Positions 53,231 to 64,000 of a DNA stretch of 64,000 nt are shown here, in pieces (within the stretch, counting starts at the first letter, position 1; each line of letters begins with the position of its first letter). The DNA lies in the NCBI GenBank assembly GCA_028534125.1, contig CM052818.1:25298001-25362000 (forward strand), read 5' to 3'. Position numbers and translations under genes: made by a program. Source of the stretch: Lama glama (lineage: Eukaryota). Under the pieces are notes generated by a model that worked only from the letters and a program-made list of their open reading frames with translations, searched no databases and had not been told where the DNA came from.

Positions 53231-54162
53231 ATTATATTTGTGTTTGCATTGAGAAACTCTGGAGGAATATAAAAGAAACTAATAAAAATGGTTACCTGCT
53301 TGGGAATTCGGGGGATGCACTATAGTTGGTGGGCAAGGTGAAATAGACACTATGAATCATGTGAATGTATCACTTATTCAAATTTTTAAATATCAATTTA
53401 TTTTTTTAAACTAACTTTTGAGTATCTTTGCATGACATATCATGGTACCATAGTTCCTCATATTCAGGTATTGAACTCCTTACACGGTGCCTGCTTGACT
53501 GATGAGATTACTTCCTCTGGACACAAATTACACAAGGTGTTATAATAGATACTAAGTCATTTGCTTACGGCAACAAAGAGCAATAGAGGACTTCAGTTGG
53601 CTGACCTGAGTTAAACCCAAAATGTAGCTCTGATTCTCACTGCTCACTTGCCCGTCCAGCTCTTAGTGTCTGAGACTGAGAAACTGTAGAAATGTTAGCA
53701 TTTTGCTGCCGAGGAGAGGAAGAGGAGAGGGAAACTGACAGTCAGTATAGATGCTCCATATCGTTTGTCTTTAAACTGCTGCCTACTTGTGTTTACTTCT
53801 AGCCTCTTCCAACTTTGATCTGTGATAAAGAGCAGGCAGATTTTATTTCTTGAGTGCATTTCTGAGACCGTCACAGTCAGTTCAGAATTGTCTATGAATC
53901 CACTTTGTTCTCTGTGTGTTGGCCCATTGTAGCCATCACCCGCCCTCTGTGTGTACTCTGTGTTTGTAACATATTATAGGTACAACAAAGAGTGTATATG
54001 TTTAAATTTAAAAATTAGATGAACAGCTGTGTACCTACTACTCAGGTTAGAAATAGAACATTACCAGGATCTCAGTAGAACCTTATATAAAACTTTCCCA
54101 GTTGCAAACACTGTTCTACACTATTTTTTTCTACAATTCATAATATATTTTAAAGATCTCCC

Positions 54163-54216
54163 CATGACCACCATTAAGAATTCAGTATTCATGACCACCA
54201 TTATGAATTCAGTATT
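54163..54216. repeat. 27-bp tandem duplication (1 mismatch)
   Basis: catgaccaccattaagaattcagtatt / catgaccaccattatgaattcagtatt. Confidence 0.9.
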
Positions 54217-54269
54217 ATTTTTAATATTTTGTTATGATTTTACCACTTATGTATATATCCATAAAAATA

Positions 54270-54750
54270 CTAGTTTTCTAATGTTGCATAACATGCTATC
54301 CTAAAACTTAATGGCTTAACACAGCACACATTTATTATCTCTTAGTTTCTGAGAGTCAAGGATTTAGAAATGGATTATCTGAGTGCTTCTGGCTCAGAAT
54401 TTCTAAAAAGGTTGCAGTCAAAACATTAACCAGATTTCAGGCATCTGAAGTCTTTACTGGGGGTAAGGGGTCTATTTCCAGGAAGTTCTCCCATAGGGTT
54501 GCTTAAGTGTCCTCACAACATAACAGTGATTTCTCCCAGCATCATGTCTGAGAAAGAGAAAGAAACTAAAGTCACAACGTCTTTTAAGACTTCACCTCTG
54601 AAGACACATACATAATTTCTGCAAAATCTTATTTTTGCAGATTGGCTATTGTATAGGATTGTCTATTCAAAATGGGAGTGGTATCAATACCAGGGCAGAA
54701 ATACCAGGAGGTAAGGCTCATAGGGCCATCTTAGAGATTGGGTATCACAA
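54270..54750 (-). mobile_element. MLT1 (MaLR) LTR
   Basis: ttgcataaca...cctaaaacttaatggcttaa...atttattatctct...ggccatcttagag. Confidence 0.7.
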
Positions 54751-54888
54751 TAAATAACATACAGCTTCGTTCCACTTGGTTTTTTGCACTTTATATAACA
54801 GATCATATAGTGGGTAGTTTCCTGCATCTTGCTCAGTGGTTTTTTGTTTGTTTGTTTGTTTTCTCTTTTTCTTTGGAGGTTTACAGGC

Positions 54889-55200
54889 ATGTATTATCAG
54901 TTTTATATTTAAAGGTTTTTTTGCAGTTCTGGAGGCTGGGAAGTCCAAGATCAAGACCCTGCAGATTCAGTGTCTGGTGAGAGCCCACTTCCTGGTTCAT
55001 AGATAACTCTCTTCTTTCTTGCCCTCACATGGTGGAAGAGGAGAGAGATCTCTCTGTGGTCTCTTTTATATTGCCACTAACCTTATTCATCAGGGATCCA
55101 CCTGCATGACCTAGCCACTTTCCCAAAACCCCACCTCCAAACACCATCACACTGGAGACTGGGATTCAACATATGAATTTTGGAAGGAACATAGACACAA
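54889..55200 (-). mobile_element. MLT1A/MST-like MaLR LTR
   Basis: cagttctggaggctgggaagtccaagatcaag...gtgtctggtgagagccc...ttcaacatatgaattttgg. Confidence 0.8.
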
Positions 55201-55219
55201 ACTAATTCATTCATTTTTG

Positions 55220-56250
55220 CTACACAATTTATTTTCCCATCCTACCATTTATGATATAACAAAGCATTGAGGAACTTCCTCTGGGATATATATACTATGA
55301 GAATATATCTATACCAGTTTATATGGGACTTGTCCATATTCACATTTTAAGAAAAGAAATAGTTATCTAAAGTGACTGTCTCATCTGTTTTCTCATAGCA
55401 GTGGATAAGAATTTTAAAGCTTTATATCCTTACCTAAATTTAGTATTGTTCAACTTCTAATTTTTTGCCAATTCAATGGGCATAAAATAATATTTCATCA
55501 TGGTTTTAACTTGCATTTCCATGATTACTAGTGATCTGAACATCTAACCATCACTATTTCCTCTAAAGTAAAATACTTGTTCTGGATACTAATTCTTTTT
55601 TGGTTATGTGATTTGCAACTACTTTCTCCTACTTAATGATGTGTCCTTTCACTTTTTTCATGGCACATTTTGATTCACAGATGTCCTTAATTTTAATACA
55701 GTCAATTTTATCAACCTTTTCCTTTATAGTTTGTGTTTTTTGTGCATTATTTAAGAAATCTTTTCTACTTTGAGCTCGTAAAGATATTCTTCATTTTCTT
55801 CTCACAATATTATAATTTTGTGTTTTACACTTAAGTCTTTTATTCACGTGGGATTGTTTTATATAGCATGTGAATTAGAGATGTAATTTCATTTTTTCTA
55901 TATGTATTTATCAATTGTGCATATTTTATTTATTGAATAGTATACCCTTTTCTCATTCATCTGCAATGCTTGCTGTGTCATGAATCAAATTTCTATGCAT
56001 TTGGCTTTCTATGGATCCATTGGTTTGTTTGTCTGTTCTTGTGCTGATACTACATTGTTTTAATTAATGTGACTATATAATAAGTCTTCATAACTGGTGG
56101 GACAAATTCCCCTGCCTCGTTCTTTTACAGAAGAAAAAAAAATTTTTTTTTTTTTTGCTATGCCATATACATTCTAGAACCAGTTTATCAAGTCATGACA
56201 AACTCTGTGGGAATTTGATTAATGGTGCATTGGATTGAGGTGTGATCAGT
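55220..56250 (-). mobile_element. Ancient L1M ORF2-region fragment
   Basis: ggttttaacttgcatttccatgattactagtga...ttaagaaatcttt...tattgaatag, the reverse of L1 ORF2. Confidence 0.6.
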
Positions 56251-56679
56251 TTGAGGAGCCATTACAACTTGAATCAACTGGAAAGAGACTTTTGAAAAAA
56301 ACTGGAATCTGCAGGGATCCTGGAAAAGAAGTGGCAGGAATAGTTCCATATATCTTGGAGAGCTTTTGATCATTTATTTGAATTGTACCTTTCTTGCTCC
56401 CGAACATGTTTGAGAGAGAAAGAGAGAGAGAGTCAAAGTATTAACCAGAGGTGATAAAGGGTGGGTATCCAGTGGTTTTATCAGCCACTACTTTCTCTGG
56501 TGTATTTTCTGAGGACATATTATTTGGAGAAATGGAATTGAAAATAGAGATTGGGAAGAAAGACATGGTGAGAAGAAGTAAGAGAGGATTATGTTGCTGC
56601 AAGAGACCTTAGCTTTGCTGATGGCTGTAACTACTGTTTCTTATGCATATTGGACTCTGAAGTTTAAGGGGAGGAATCC

Positions 56680-57070
56680 TGAATAGGGGTTGAAAAAGAC
56701 TTCAGAGAAAAGGTGGCATTTGAGCTGGGGGCGATAGCGTGGCTTAGAGTTCCACAGTGAGCATCTATATGGGAGGTGGGGTGAAGCTTTGGCGGGTAGG
56801 ACTGAAGGAAAACGGTTAAGGTTATTCCAGGCAGACAGAACAGCATAGATAGGAAACAGGAGATAGAAATGATGGGTTTATAGGAGGCAACAGTCGTTCA
56901 TTTGAATGAGGGGTATAGCTGGAAAGACAAGTAGTAGCCCGATTGTGCAAAGCCGTGAATACCAGGCTAAGGACTTTGGACTTTATTCTGGGATGGCAGT
57001 GGAGACTCTTGAACAGGAGAGTAACTAAATCTCAAGTTTGCTTCAGAAAGATCACTGTGGCTGCAGCCAG
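56680..57070. mobile_element. L2 LINE fragment
   Basis: ggtggcatttgagctgg...attccaggcagacagaacagc...ggactttattctg...ttcagaaagatcactgtggctg. Confidence 0.65.
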
Positions 57071-57089
57071 GCAGGGAACTCTGTGGCTG

Positions 57090-57790
57090 CATCCGTTTGC
57101 GGTGCAGGGCAAAGCGCGGACAACTGCACTCCTAGCTGTAGGGGGGCGCGACGCCGGCCCCTCGGCCCTGCTCTCCTTCCCTGCTGACCCGGTTCCTACT
57201 CGACGCGCTCAGAAGTCGGCTAGCCCTCCTGGACGCGCCCTCCTCGGGCCTCGTCTAGTCCGCCTGGACGCGCCCCCGTGCGTCACGTCCGCTCTGACTC
57301 TTGGCTCGTTAGAGTCGACGGCGGGCGCGGACGGGACCTCTGCGCCTGCGCGGGGCGAAAGTCGGCGGTTGAAGCTGAGGGGCCCGGGGGGAATTTTGGC
57401 GTCTTCACTAGCAGGTTTCTGAGTCTGCCACGGTCGTCTTTTCTCGCAGCACGCCCATAGGTGTTTTGATTTGGCCCAAGAGATATAAGCAAACGCTGTA
57501 GAGGGGCTTGGTTGCTCCTTGACCTTAGCGGCGCCGAGTCCAACACTCTTATGTCTCTCAGCTGAGAAGTGTAGAGTCTCTGTATTTTCAGTTCAGCTGC
57601 TTGCTCTGAGTCGGCGGCCAAGACGTCGACACTAGTGAAAACCTGCCCTGGCCGCTAAGCATGCCTAGCCAGACTGTAATCCATGTTTCTAGGGCTTGTT
57701 TACCTCTGCGGTCAAATCTGAGACTCGGAGTTGAGGAGGTCATCAAGTCCAGCCTCTTAACCTTCCCTGTCGTCGCGAGTGAGCTAATGT
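57090..57790. promoter_or_regulatory. Second CpG island about 2.8 kb upstream of the SOS1 ATG, probable alternative or bidirectional promoter
   Basis: CpG-dense block with CRE/E-box-like TGCGTCACGT (57279-57288), NRF1-like TGCGCCTGCGC (57341-57351) and E2F-like TTTTGGCG (57394-57401). Confidence 0.7.
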
Positions 57791-57874
57791 ACGGTTTTTA
57801 CCTGCACACCCCTGAAGATCGCCATTTCTTAGGACAACTCTTGATTACATAGTCTTGCTGGAAGCTTCCTCCAC

Positions 57875-58295
57875 TCAACTTTAATTCCTTCAACAATAGT
57901 TATAGAGAACCTACTATGTATCAAGTAGTGTAGTTCCTTGGGATACAATGATGAGCTAGAGTGAACACGTAAGATTGTTGATATCTTGGAGTTTACATTT
58001 CAGACGTTGGGGGCGGGTGGAGGGGGAGATCAACAGCCAAAAATAATTAGAGGCCATGATTTGTGCTTGCAAGAAAATAAATCAGCCAAGGCTTATGGAA
58101 GAACAGTATAGGTGGGAACTACTTAGCGGGGTCACAGAAGGTCTCTCGGAGGTGGTGACGTTTATAACCAGACAAGTGAACAGTTAGCAACAGAGTGAGT
58201 TCCAGGCTGAGGGAAGAGCAAAGCCCTTGAGGCAGGAAAGAGGTTGATGTTTTCTAGGAATAGATGGAAGGCCAGTGTGGCTGGAACGTGGTGAG
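57875..58295. mobile_element. L2 LINE fragment
   Basis: ttcaacaatagttatagagaacctactatgt...gagttccaggctgagggaagagc...ggccagtgtggctgga. Confidence 0.65.
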
Positions 58296-59169
58296 CCTCT
58301 TACCCAGAGGACTTACGGATGATTTTTCAAAGTGTCCTTCTGAACACTTTGAAGGTGCGGATAATTTTAAAATGCAAATCATGTGTGTACATTTTAGAAG
58401 GAAAGGACCTAAGACTTTGCTGAAATTCTCAAAGAGGTCTTGTAGATATTAAGAACCACTGCTTAAACATTTTTCAACTATGTGATCCTGGTTATTCTCT
58501 GGAATAGCAGGGTATAAATAATATCAGTTTACACCCAGGCTAGTTCTCTAAACTGTCTTCTCATCTGTGAAACAAAAACAATAGGATTGCTATGAGGATT
58601 AAATGAAAGTGCTTAATGGTAAAACTTCGAGCGAGGCGCTAGCCACACAGTGCTACTGTTAAAAACAAACCCCTGCATCCCTGGGTAGAGGAACGACTTA
58701 CAGATAATGCTCCTTTAGCATTCCGCAAACATACACTAAGTACCTATTCTGTGTAGAGCCCCTGGTGGAAAAGATCTGCTTCCAGGAGTTTGTTATCTAG
58801 TTGACCCTTGCAGAGATAGAGAACACGATAAACTAAATGCTGTGAGAGGGGTTTGAGTATAGTGCTCTGGGATCTGCAGGAGAGGCTTCAGCTTCCACTG
58901 GACCTAAGTGGCTTCTGGAGTTCATATCTGAAATAGGTTTAAAAGATGAACACACTGAATTGAAAAACACACACAATATCAATATTACACGTACACATTT
59001 TATTCTTGGTGATGTGGGAAGCCCGATTGGAAACACTGCAGTTACTTCTATTATCCGAGAAATATTGAGCCGTAGGTTTCGTGAGAAAGGCACCTATCTT
59101 TTGTCCAGTCTGTTTACTATACATCGCATGCTCTGGGCAGTTATCTTCATGTGGGGAACAAAGTACACA

Positions 59170-60380
59170 CATCACACCCTTTCCGAAACGAAAGGCCGCG
59201 GGACTCCAAGAGAAGGGTGGGAGCTCTCCCGACTTAACCACACAATGGGGGCCGCTTCACCGTAGCTAGCACTCCACCCAGCAGGCCCCACTCGACCCGG
59301 GGTTCGACTTCTCGGGGCCCTGTCGCTCCTCCCCCTGCCGCCCTCGGGGGCGCAGCCACAGCCCGGCAGGGCGCCCTCCCTCACTCGCGCGTTGCTCCTC
59401 CTTGGCTGGGGAGCCGGAAAACCCGGAGCGAACCGGCCCTGCCCGGCGGCGCATGCTCAGTAGCGAGCAGGTTCAGTTCGCTAGTAGGAAGCTCGAGAGC
59501 TACACCGGCGTCGGCGTCGGCCGCGGCCGCACCTCAGGGCAGCGAGATTCCCCAACAACGACCTCGGGCCTTTCCCCTCCCCCGCTAGACCCCGAGCTCC
59601 GCTCCGCCCCGGGTCGCTCGCGTTTCGGGGTCCCAGCTGCGTGGAGCGGGCGCCGCGACCGGAGCGTCCCTCCACACGCCCTCCCCCAGCCGCCGGCTCC
59701 GCCGCGGGGCCAGGCCAGGCCCGGGAGTGCAGCCCCGGCGGGCGGGCGGGCGGCGGCCGCGGCGGAGGGCAGCTCCGGGCGGCGCCGGCGGGCCGCGGAG
59801 GGGTGGGGGGCCTGGCCCCGGGGCGGTGGTGCGGGATGCCGCCGCCGCCGCCTCCGGGCTGCGTTCGCTCTCCGCGGCTGGTGCCCGTGTCGGGTGGGTG
59901 GCCGGGCGCGGGCCTCGCCCCCCAAGCCCCACTCCGGGGCTAGCCCAGCTGCGCGGCGCCCCGAGGGGGCCGGGCCGTCCGTTGGGGCCGCGGCCCTGTT
60001 CCGTGCCGCGAGCTCGCCCTCTCGCGGCTCCCCGGCCCGGCCGCCGCCGCCGCCGCCCCTCTCCCCTCCCAGAGGCGCCCCGGGGGCACCATGCAGGCGC
60101 AGCAGCTGCCGTACGAGTTTTTCAGCGAGGAGAACGCGCCTAAGTGGCGGGGACTGCTGGTGCCTGCGCTGAAAAAGGTGAGACGCGCGCGGGACCCCTC
60201 TTCCAGGCTGCATCTCCTGTTAGGATGCCGGGTGGGGGCCGGGGAAGCCTGGGGAGGCGGGGCGCGCGGGGCCGTCTTTTTTCCCGGTCTCGCCGCTTCC
60301 CTGAAAGGACGGCGCACACGTAGAGGTTCCCCAACACCCGCTAGCTCTCGGTGTTGACATTCACCCGGTGGGTGGGAAGG
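59170..60380 (+). promoter_or_regulatory. SOS1: SOS1 main CpG-island promoter and GC-rich 5' UTR
   Basis: Very high GC and CpG density, no TATA box seen, NRF1-like GCGCATGC at 59449-59456, ETS-like CCGGAA at 59414, (GCC)n tracts. Confidence 0.9.
60091..60177 (+). CDS. SOS1: SOS1 first coding exon (87 nt): [29 protein letters not shown], Ras GEF Son of sevenless 1; gene continues beyond the window
   Basis: Kozak GGCACCATG, peptide matches the known SOS1 N-terminus, donor AAG|gtgaga at 60178, lies in a CpG island. Confidence 0.97.
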
Positions 60381-62891
60381 CCGCAGGGAGCCAGGGAGAG
60401 TTTGTCCGAAGAATCCAGTCGCTGGGAGGTTAATGCCGTGCCCCTGATTCAGAGATGAGGGTTGGAGGAGCCTCAGTTTTCAGTGGAGGTCAAAGCAGGC
60501 CACTTTTCCGCCTTCCCGGTCTTATCCCAGAGCTGCTGTCAGCCTCCGGTTTTAGATGTGCAGTCTGTTCTTTTTAGTGGGCTCGAGAATGCTCTGGCTA
60601 TAATGCTTGCTCTAAGTAATTGCAGAGCTCGCCTGCCAGCAGGAACATGGCCTGCTTTGCTCGCCCTCTGTAATCACTCATTCCTCTGAATTCCCCCACT
60701 CCTCCGACTAACAGGGGAGTGTGCACATGCCACTATTTCTCTCTTTCTGTCTTCCTTCCTTTCTTTCTCGTTCTCTCTTTCTGTCTCTCTCTGAGTCTGA
60801 GAATCTTGGTACTGTCTTTCGGTTTGTTGATTAGAAATTTTAACTTTTATGTGTTTCTTCGAGTTTCCCACACTGTTATCGAAAGTTATATACCCCATGA
60901 TCTGTACTTTTCTTTTAAATGTTTTAGTATAATTAGAAAATGTTGCTAAATTTTCAAAGCTTCTAACGCAGCATTGTGACTTAATAAATACATTAAAACA
61001 TCAGAAACTGATGTTTGAATGAATATAAAAACTACCAGAGTATTTTTTGTTATCCTTTCCCCTTATAAATACAGGGATAGCTTTACTTTTAATAGTGTTT
61101 CTAAATCCCTTTTTCTTGTTGCTCAAAGAATGTTTCATGTTATTTGTTTAAAAAATATTTTCCTCCTCACTGAGAATTGAGATTATAGCGTACCTTTTGT
61201 TCTAAACATTTATACTATTAAAAACTGTTTTAAAAGGTGCCTGATACTGCTCAAGTGCCAGCAACTTTTGCTTTCCCTTTTGCCCTTTCTCCCTCTCCCC
61301 CTCTCGGTATCTTACAATGGAAACTATATTTTATTTGTTAGCAGAATTTGCTGGTTTATTTCAGATGTTAGTGACTTTTTTGCTCAGGTGTCTGACTAGT
61401 CACAGACATCTCTGTGCTATTGTTTTCTAAGAAAACCAAAGAGATGCCATATGCCTTACAGTACTTAATTTATTAGAAATCCTGTCAGGCTCTCACTGTG
61501 TTTACTTTTGGCTTTACTGCAAGCTTGGCAGCCTATAAGAGAAGGGGAGCACAAGGTCTCAGTGATGGGAGAAGCAGGTATCTTGACCAAGGTAGCGGTG
61601 GGGTAGGGAGGAGAAAGAAAAATTACTGAAAATATATTAAAGAACTCATAAAGCACTGTCAATTTGGGGCTATTTTGCTTAGAGGCAAGCAACTCCTATC
61701 CCAGGGGAATCACTATGATACCCCATCAGTTGAGGGTCCTATGAAGTAGTGAAAAGAGCATTATAGGAGTTCTCAGTCCGGGTCTAACTCTGCCACTTTG
61801 GTGGCCCTTGCTGAAATTTGTCCACAGAAGCATTTTGTTTGGCTGGCATAGTGTTGTTTTATTTTTAATGTAATTAGTTGCCAATATTTTAAAATGGGAA
61901 CTGTTACATAAAATCTTAATTTTTGAGCTTTCCTTGGAGAATAGGAAGATCTCTCTGCATTGGGCCAGCATTCAAGCAAGGCAGTAAACTGCTGGAACTA
62001 AGTAAATGGCTGTCTTCTTTAGACAAGACATGTATCTCTGATTTAACACAGTCCCCCTTCGATCCTCTTTGCTTATTTGCATAAACCAGCTTTGACTTCA
62101 GGCAGAGATACTTTTGCATGATAGTAGAAGTGATGGGAGGAGGTGGAAGTGTACACAATCTAGCTGATAAGTAAGATTCTTCCAATTCTTATTTAAAATA
62201 TCCACTAACCATGATTCTAAGCCACAAAAGACAAGGTTGAAATTATATTCCGTATCTGGATGTGCTCTTGGTAGCTCAAAATCTGCTTATAGACTTTCAT
62301 GTGGGTATCTCCGTATCTTCCTTCATATGCTTCCTTTAGACCTATTGTACTATTGGCAGATACATCCAGCTTGTGTTATCTTACCTGAGGCTCCTTGGAC
62401 ATGCTGTTTTCTTCACCTGGACTGCCTTTTGCTTGGCCTAACACTGTTCATCCTCTGGACTCACTAGACCTCAGATCTTTTCTCAGATCCTCAGGCCTGA
62501 GTTACATAGTCTTTCTTTTAGTCTAAATATTCTTTTAGGACCCTAGCCTAGCATTTAACAGTTAATTTTAAATTCCTGTTTATTTACCTTCTCCCCACCC
62601 CAACTAAATTGGGTGGTCCTTGAGAGCAGGGATGATATTTTACTCTCATTTTGTCCTCCATGCATACAGTGCCTGATACCTGGTTGACACTAAAGTTTGA
62701 ATGAATGGGTGAGGGAAAACCCAAACAAAACTATTAGCTCTCTCCTTTCTACCTACCATGAGAAAAAAGCCTCTTGGTTAACAGCTTTATTATTTTATTT
62801 GACTGGTTCAGAAATTTGGCGTCTTCTCTGACTTACTACTGCCGACACCCAGGCAGATCCTGTAGATTCATTCCCCTTTGACTTGTTCTGG

Positions 62892-63170
62892 TTTTTTTTT
62901 TTTAGCTTTTTTTTTTATTGAAATAATGTGTCAATTTAATTTCTGGTGTACAGCACAATGTTTCAGTCATACATGAAAATGCATATATTCGTTTTCATAT
63001 TTTTTCACCCTAAGCTACTGTAAGATATCAAATATAGTTCCCTGTACTATACAGTATAAACTTGTTTACCTCTTTTATGTATACCAGTCAGTGTCTGCAA
63101 ATCTCGAACTCCCAGTTTATCCCTTCCCCCCACTCCCCACTCCATAACCATAAGTTTGTTTTCTGTGACA
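62892..63170 (-). mobile_element. Cetartiodactyl/camelid L1 3' end in SOS1 intron 1
   Basis: Poly-T, then ttctggtgtacagcac...atagttccctgtactatacagta...aaccataagtttgttttctgtg. Confidence 0.8.
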
Positions 63171-63894
63171 TGTTCTTTTAATCTGTTCCCTCCTACTCCA
63201 GCTACTCTTGAGTCCTCTTTCCCAGACTGCTGCTTTAGCCTCTTAACTGAGTTCATTGCCCCTTACTTCTCTTTTATTTATTTTTTAAATTTCAGAAGTT
63301 ATAGGACACTTCTGAACATGTCACACTCTTGTTCAGAACATTTGGTGTCTTTTGAAGGCATAGAATGAAGTGTGTATTAAGCTTTTAGCATAGAATTGCT
63401 GGTGATCGATGACTTGGCTTCACCCTGCTTTTCTGAATGGATTGATACTGTAATCTTTATGCTTTAGCCAGACTGGACTACTACTTTTCCTGAATATGCC
63501 CAGAAGGTCTCACTGCATCTCTCAGTCTAATTCCTACCTTATGTATTGCATAAGTATATTATACCTACTATAGACCAATTATTGCCCTCAGCACTAAGGA
63601 TTAAAAAGTAATTGACATCACCCAGAAATGACTAAGTTCAAACATGATGGGAAGTGGCAAAGGGTGAGTTTGGAGAGGAAACTGGCTTATAGAGAATTTT
63701 TTGTATGTTAAGCTAAGGAGTTTGAATTTTACCTTGAGGTTATAGATGTCATTGAAGAATTTAAATAGAAGAGTAACATCATATTTGAATTTTAGAAAAT
63801 CCATTTTGGCCATAGAATAGAAAATGGATTGAAGAAGAATGAGACCCAAGGTAAGGGAGAAAAGTTAGAAGGCTAGTTTAACAATCTAGACAAA

Positions 63895-64000
63895 GGAGGA
63901 GGATATAGCTCAAGTGGTAGAGCGCATGCTTAGCATGCATGAGGTCCTGGGTTCAATCCCCAGTACCTCCTCTAAAAATAAAAAAAGAAGTAAACCTAAT
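63895..64000 (+). mobile_element. Camelid tRNA-Ala-derived SINE, truncated by the window edge
   Basis: tagctcaagtggtagagcgcatgcttagcatgcatgaggtcctgggttcaatccccagtacctcc followed by an A-rich tail. Same family as the 13075 and 13404 copies. Confidence 0.85.

Noticed and set aside
56943..57621. 159-aa and 112-aa ORFs at the upstream CpG island
   Set aside because: Non-ATG starts, partly L2-derived, GC-driven open frames with no recognisable homology.
59402..60317. Long ORFs on both strands (256, 237, 138 and 125 aa) over the SOS1 promoter
   Set aside because: Low-complexity Arg/Pro/Gly/Ala translations are expected where stop codons are scarce in a CpG island. The ATG at 59453 sits inside the NRF1-like motif and is probably at or upstream of the TSS.
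63901..63970. tRNA-Ala(AGC)-like sequence as a real tRNA gene
   Set aside because: It has an A-rich SINE tail, no oligo-T terminator and an imperfect acceptor stem, and diverged copies with a TSD occur at 13.1 and 13.4 kb. It is a tRNA-derived SINE.

Overview
Mammalian genomic DNA, most likely a camelid (alpaca, llama or camel), judged from tRNA-Ala-derived SINEs and L1 3' ends of the type I recognise as camelid. The window holds the 3' seven coding exons of the kinase gene CDKL4 (+ strand, 854-15030, reading frame intact with GT-AG junctions). About 42 kb of repeat-rich intergenic DNA follows, containing a decayed RPL31 retrocopy, L1, L2, MIR, MaLR/ERV LTRs, and hAT and Tigger fossils. The window ends with two CpG islands and the first coding exon of SOS1 (ATG at 60091). 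This matches the CDKL4-SOS1 gene order known from human 2p22. I found no new multi-gene system. The best leads are: (i) a frame-preserving 111-nt candidate cassette exon plus an intronic read-through/polyadenylation option that could give CDKL4 several C-termini; (ii) an orphan CpG-rich, TATA-containing promoter-like block at about 31.1-32.4 kb built between two ancient MLT1 LTRs, next to a perfect 46-bp palindrome; (iii) a uORF, G-quadruplex and cryptic acceptor upstream of the SOS1 ATG. Repeat family names were assigned by eye, and their boundaries are approximate unless target-site duplications are given.
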